Shown piece after piece: positions 60,380 through 64,000 of a stretch of DNA of 64,000 bases. The notes under the pieces were generated by a model, which saw nothing but the letters and a program-made list of their open reading frames with translations, was not told the DNA's origin and did not search any database. The stretch is from Aureliella sp. (GTDB lineage: Bacteria; Planctomycetota; Planctomycetia; Pirellulales; Pirellulaceae): positions 1,664,001 to 1,728,000 of the forward strand of contig OY829846.1 of the NCBI GenBank assembly GCA_963691875.1, read 5' to 3'. The position numbers and the translations under genes were made by a program. Numbering within the stretch: the stretch's first letter is position 1; each line of letters starts with the position of its first letter.

Positions 60380-62140
60380 ATGTCCAATCGCCTAATCGCA
60401 CTCCTTGGCTTTTTGGCCGTAATTGTCCTTTTCTACTTCTTGCCGAGTTGGACTCGCAAGAGCTCAAGTAATTCTGCTTCCGCCATCTCCCAACGAATAG
60501 AAGAGAAAGAGACGCAGACGGACGACCTGCGGAGTGCCATGCGTTATCTCGGAAGGATGACTCCGCAGAACCGCGACCTGACGATTAAGGAAGTTCGGCT
60601 CGCGCTTAACACTTGGCTTGAAAAAGCGGATGTTTCCGCCGCCAATTACGCGTCACCGAAAACTCTAACCGGTCTCGAGCCTGAGATGCTCGCCAGCGTC
60701 GGATGCTCGTCCAACATTGCACTGACTTTTGATTACTGGGATGTGGACTATCTCTTTCAGTGTCGTCTGATGAGCAAAATCTCCGATTGGGTAGTCGACG
60801 AACCACTGGGCGATTCCTTGATTCGTCCCATCCTGGCCAAGTATCAACGAGAGCTCGAGGAGCAAGAGTACTTGAAACTTGAAGAAGCCTACAAACTTTT
60901 TGACTGGGCGATGCGAAATGTCGGACTCGATCCCGAAATGTCCTCAGTTGAAACCAAGTCGCCGAACCCGGCTGGAAAAGTCATTGAACTCGGGCCCGGA
61001 TACAGCTATTTGCCATGGGAGTCCCTTCTATTTTGCACCGGAGATTTCATCGAGAAAGGGCGAGTATTCACGGCTCTCGCGGCGCAGCGCGAAATCAACA
61101 CAGGCTGGGTTGTCGACGCTGGTAAGATCTGGGCTATTGGCGTATTGATTGGAGGAGAGATTTATTTGTTCGAACCCAAACTCGCCTTGCCGATTCTGGA
61201 GCCTGACGAACTGCGTTTCGCAACGCTCGAGGAAGCGAAGAAGAATCCGCGTATTCTGCGGCGTCTCGATCTGCCTGGCCGATTTGATTACGCCTTCAAC
61301 CCTGGCGACTTGAACTTCTTGGAGCTGTTTGTCGATCAACCACCCGTCGCCGCGAGTGCAAGGATGAAACTTCTTGAGCAGAACTTGCTTGGCGAAGAAA
61401 GAATGAAGGTCTACCAGGATATAGACGCACTCGTAAAAAATTTCCAAACAGCCGCTCCGAAGGCCACGGTGAAAGTCTGGGACTTACCCCTTAAGGCGCA
61501 GTTTCATGCTTTACAGATTCGCGACAAACTGCGAATCACATCGGATTTCACACAGCAGTATCGCATGGTAAACGGCAACTGGATGTGGGACTCTTTTGCG
61601 GCTCAAGGAAGAATGCGCCATTTGTCTGGGAAATTCAAGAAGTCGTCCGACGGCAAGCAGGGCGCTTTCGCGCTGTACATGAAGTGTCGATTGGACGCTG
61701 AGACTCTGAAGAAACTGGAGTGGGACCCGGATATGCAAAAGGCATTTGGCATGGAGAAGCAGCCTGACGAGTCCAAAGAGAACCATAAGGGTCGCCTCAT
61801 GTCGCATTTGTTCGACCTGCGGCGCGCCAAAGTGGATGCAACGATGCTGGCCGCTCAGCTGCATTTCGACCGCGGGAATTATCTCGAGTCGATCAACTGG
61901 TTCCAGCAGCTCTTGAACAACGACAAGCCTCAAGAACAGCTTTTCGCAAAGCGTTGGGAGAATATCTCGCGTTACGGAATCGCTCGCTCCTACCAAGAGC
62001 TTGGAGACGAAGCAAAGTTCAACGAGTATCTGACTTACAGCTCACCGGCCGGGCAGGCCGCCAATCCTCATGAAGCTGGTAATCGTTTGCGTCTGCGTTA
62101 CTTGAAAGATCTTAACGCCCAAAAGGCTGGAGCGGAGTGA
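60380..62140 (+). CDS. Membrane-anchored hypothetical protein with a C-terminal TPR-like region
   Basis: N-terminal TM segment, then AQLHFDRGNYLESINWF and RYGIARSYQELG TPR-like helices. Confidence 0.8.
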   Translation: MSNRLIALLGFLAVIVLFYFLPSWTRKSSSNSASAISQRIEEKETQTDDLRSAMRYLGRMTPQNRDLTIKEVRLALNTWLEKADVSAANYASPKTLTGLEPEMLASVGCSSNIALTFDYWDVDYLFQCRLMSKISDWVVDEPLGDSLIRPILAKYQRELEEQEYLKLEEAYKLFDWAMRNVGLDPEMSSVETKSPNPAGKVIELGPGYSYLPWESLLFCTGDFIEKGRVFTALAAQREINTGWVVDAGKIWAIGVLIGGEIYLFEPKLALPILEPDELRFATLEEAKKNPRILRRLDLPGRFDYAFNPGDLNFLELFVDQPPVAASARMKLLEQNLLGEERMKVYQDIDALVKNFQTAAPKATVKVWDLPLKAQFHALQIRDKLRITSDFTQQYRMVNGNWMWDSFAAQGRMRHLSGKFKKSSDGKQGAFALYMKCRLDAETLKKLEWDPDMQKAFGMEKQPDESKENHKGRLMSHLFDLRRAKVDATMLAAQLHFDRGNYLESINWFQQLLNNDKPQEQLFAKRWENISRYGIARSYQELGDEAKFNEYLTYSSPAGQAANPHEAGNRLRLRYLKDLNAQKAGAE

Positions 62141-62281
62141 ACGCAGATCCCGCAGCGGTAGTCGTCACGATCTTCGATATCCGGCCGTGTTGAGCCCGTG
62201 CATGCAACACCGGAAACCGGTTGCAATGCCGTAACAGAGCTGCGATCGTTAACGGCCTAATTCACTGCCCTACGGCTGCAT

Positions 62282-63877
62282 CTATAGCTCGAAGTGCTCG
62301 TCGACTTGCTTGTATAAGGGCGAGTAGCGGTAGTAGACTTCGAGCGTCATGGCGCACATTGCGGTACTGTAGAGTCTGCCGCCTTCTTTTCCGTAAGCAT
62401 TGTCGAAGTACCAGCTTCCTTTGGAATGCCCTGAAGTTGACTGAGTCCTCAATAGGAATTCTTTCTGGCGTTCATTCCAATTGTCCCACAAATGGCCACC
62501 GACATGGAAAAGGAAAAGTGTAACATAGTAATTGTGATACACATCGTTGTTCGATGGTCCGCTCTGGTGGAAGAAGGCAACTCCATCCAGGATCCTTGGA
62601 TCTGTGTGCGTCATGCCGCGGAACAGTCTGATCAAGAGACCAATCGCGGTACAGGTTGGACTTTTACCAGGCTTGGTGTAGCCGAAAAAGGTTCCGCCCT
62701 CCATTTGCTGGGTATCCAGGAAGGAGTCAATTTTAAGAATCGTTCCAGCGGGAATTTCAAGTTTCGCGGAGTAGGCACTCTTAAGCGCCATGATCTGCCA
62801 CCCACTGAGCGTGAGGTCACCTGGCTTCTTAGGTAAATATCCCCAGCCGCCAGCGTAGTTTTGAGCGTTGACGATAAAGTCGACAGACTGCTGAGCAGCC
62901 TTCTTCAAATCGGGATCGCCAGTCAGTTGATACGCTTCGCAGAGCGCAAAGGCTGCGATGCCATGGTTGTACATCCCTCGTTCACATTGGTAGAGGAAGC
63001 TACCACCTTGCGGCGTAATTTCGATGACTTGCATCAAGAAGTAAACGCCGCGTCGCACGGTTTCACGATACTCGCCATCGCGATGGGTATAGCCCGCGCC
63101 CAGAAACGCGAGCAAGGCTAATCCGGTTGCGGCCGTATCAAAACGATCCTTACAGCCTTCATTCGGGCAGTCATTGCCGCAGTCTTTTGTATTGTGCAAT
63201 AACGACCAGGAGCCGTTGGGACGTTGATGGTTCGCTAGCCACCGCAATGCTTCTTCTACCGCTTTCTCAGTTTCCAGAGTACCGCCGTTTGCCACAGCAA
63301 TTTGCTGACGTTTCCTGAGATCACGTCCCTTCACGCCCGTCGCCGAGAAGCTCGCATGGGTGGTAAGCTGAGTTGCAGCGATCAAGGTCTGCAACTCACT
63401 TTTATGCACCTGTGTATTTACCTTCATCTGTTGCTTCATCGCCAGCAGGTCGCTCAGCAAGGTAGGAGACTGATTCGAAGGTTGCGGTGGCGAAACAAGC
63501 GGCATTACCTCTGGGCTCGGAGGAGCTAAGTCGTCATTGGCCGCTGCAATTTCAACGGTTTGAACCTTCGCTTCATCCGGCGTCGCGCTTCGCATTGAAA
63601 AATCTGCTCTTCTTACTGTCCCGCTCGTTTGATGCATCGTGACAAGAACAAGCGCTAGCATCAGCGCAACATGAAAAATCAGACTCACCAAGAAAGCTGG
63701 AGTCTTGGATCTTTCGTGCTTTGGCAACAGATTGGTCAGTGACAGCCAGAGTCGCTTTACCAGCCTGGGTTTTGCGGCCAAGTCTTCTTGAGTTTCCGAT
63801 TCCTGAGGTTGCCCCGTACTTTCCAGCTCGCTCGTGGGCATATTGCGAACAGGATCGGCTGCTGGTTCGGGCAGCAT
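62282..63877 (-). CDS. Membrane-anchored prenyltransferase/squalene-oxidase-repeat protein
   Basis: ALRWLANHQRPNGSW, TGLALLAFLGAG, YNHGIA, AQNYAGGWGY and GGRLYSTAM..LEVYYRY. Confidence 0.88.
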   Translation of the reverse strand: MLPEPAADPVRNMPTSELESTGQPQESETQEDLAAKPRLVKRLWLSLTNLLPKHERSKTPAFLVSLIFHVALMLALVLVTMHQTSGTVRRADFSMRSATPDEAKVQTVEIAAANDDLAPPSPEVMPLVSPPQPSNQSPTLLSDLLAMKQQMKVNTQVHKSELQTLIAATQLTTHASFSATGVKGRDLRKRQQIAVANGGTLETEKAVEEALRWLANHQRPNGSWSLLHNTKDCGNDCPNEGCKDRFDTAATGLALLAFLGAGYTHRDGEYRETVRRGVYFLMQVIEITPQGGSFLYQCERGMYNHGIAAFALCEAYQLTGDPDLKKAAQQSVDFIVNAQNYAGGWGYLPKKPGDLTLSGWQIMALKSAYSAKLEIPAGTILKIDSFLDTQQMEGGTFFGYTKPGKSPTCTAIGLLIRLFRGMTHTDPRILDGVAFFHQSGPSNNDVYHNYYVTLFLFHVGGHLWDNWNERQKEFLLRTQSTSGHSKGSWYFDNAYGKEGGRLYSTAMCAMTLEVYYRYSPLYKQVDEHFEL

Positions 63878-64000
63878 GGCCGGAGGAGGCGCATGGGAGG
63901 AATTGGTAGCGCCTGCCGATTGGGGCTGCGGAATCTCGGGAGGGGCGGTAGGCAGCGAGTCGAGGGCTTCGCGCGTATCCGGCGCATCCGATCGACCAAC

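Noticed and set aside
62282..63877. Squalene-hopene cyclase
   Set aside because: There is no DXDD motif; it has a single barrel with an N-terminal membrane anchor, typical of the generic planctomycete repeat family.

Overview
This looks like a Planctomycetota (Pirellulaceae-like) chromosomal window, judged from a YTV-repeat protein, DUF1570/DUF1573 proteins, three Cys-type sulfatases and a prenyltransferase-repeat protein. From left to right it holds: a decayed secreted-protein gene; DUF1573; a YTV protein; rex; tRNA-Gln followed by a tyrosine integrase and probable island cargo; a LacI-regulated beta-1,3-glucan (laminarin) locus (DUF2490, GPH/MFS transporter, GH149-like phosphorylase, GH158-like glucanase); a sulfatase; an initiator-type tRNA-Met followed by an AT-richer glycosyltransferase and TA-like islet between imperfect direct repeats; a near-complete type IV pilus/T2SS-like cluster; and housekeeping genes including kdsA. 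Three observations stand out. (1) Two abutting ORFs (14644-16005) read as one exported thioredoxin-like protein with a Cys-UGA motif and a SECIS-like hairpin, resembling selenoprotein N. (2) A His-rich exported leader ORF ending in the ribosome-arrest motif RGPP sits directly upstream of the pilin/ATPase operon, suggesting metal- or secretion-sensing control of a type IV filament system. (3) The YTV protein has mirror-symmetric repeat arms, suggesting one giant beta-hairpin. All family assignments are from motif recognition by eye; no searches were run.
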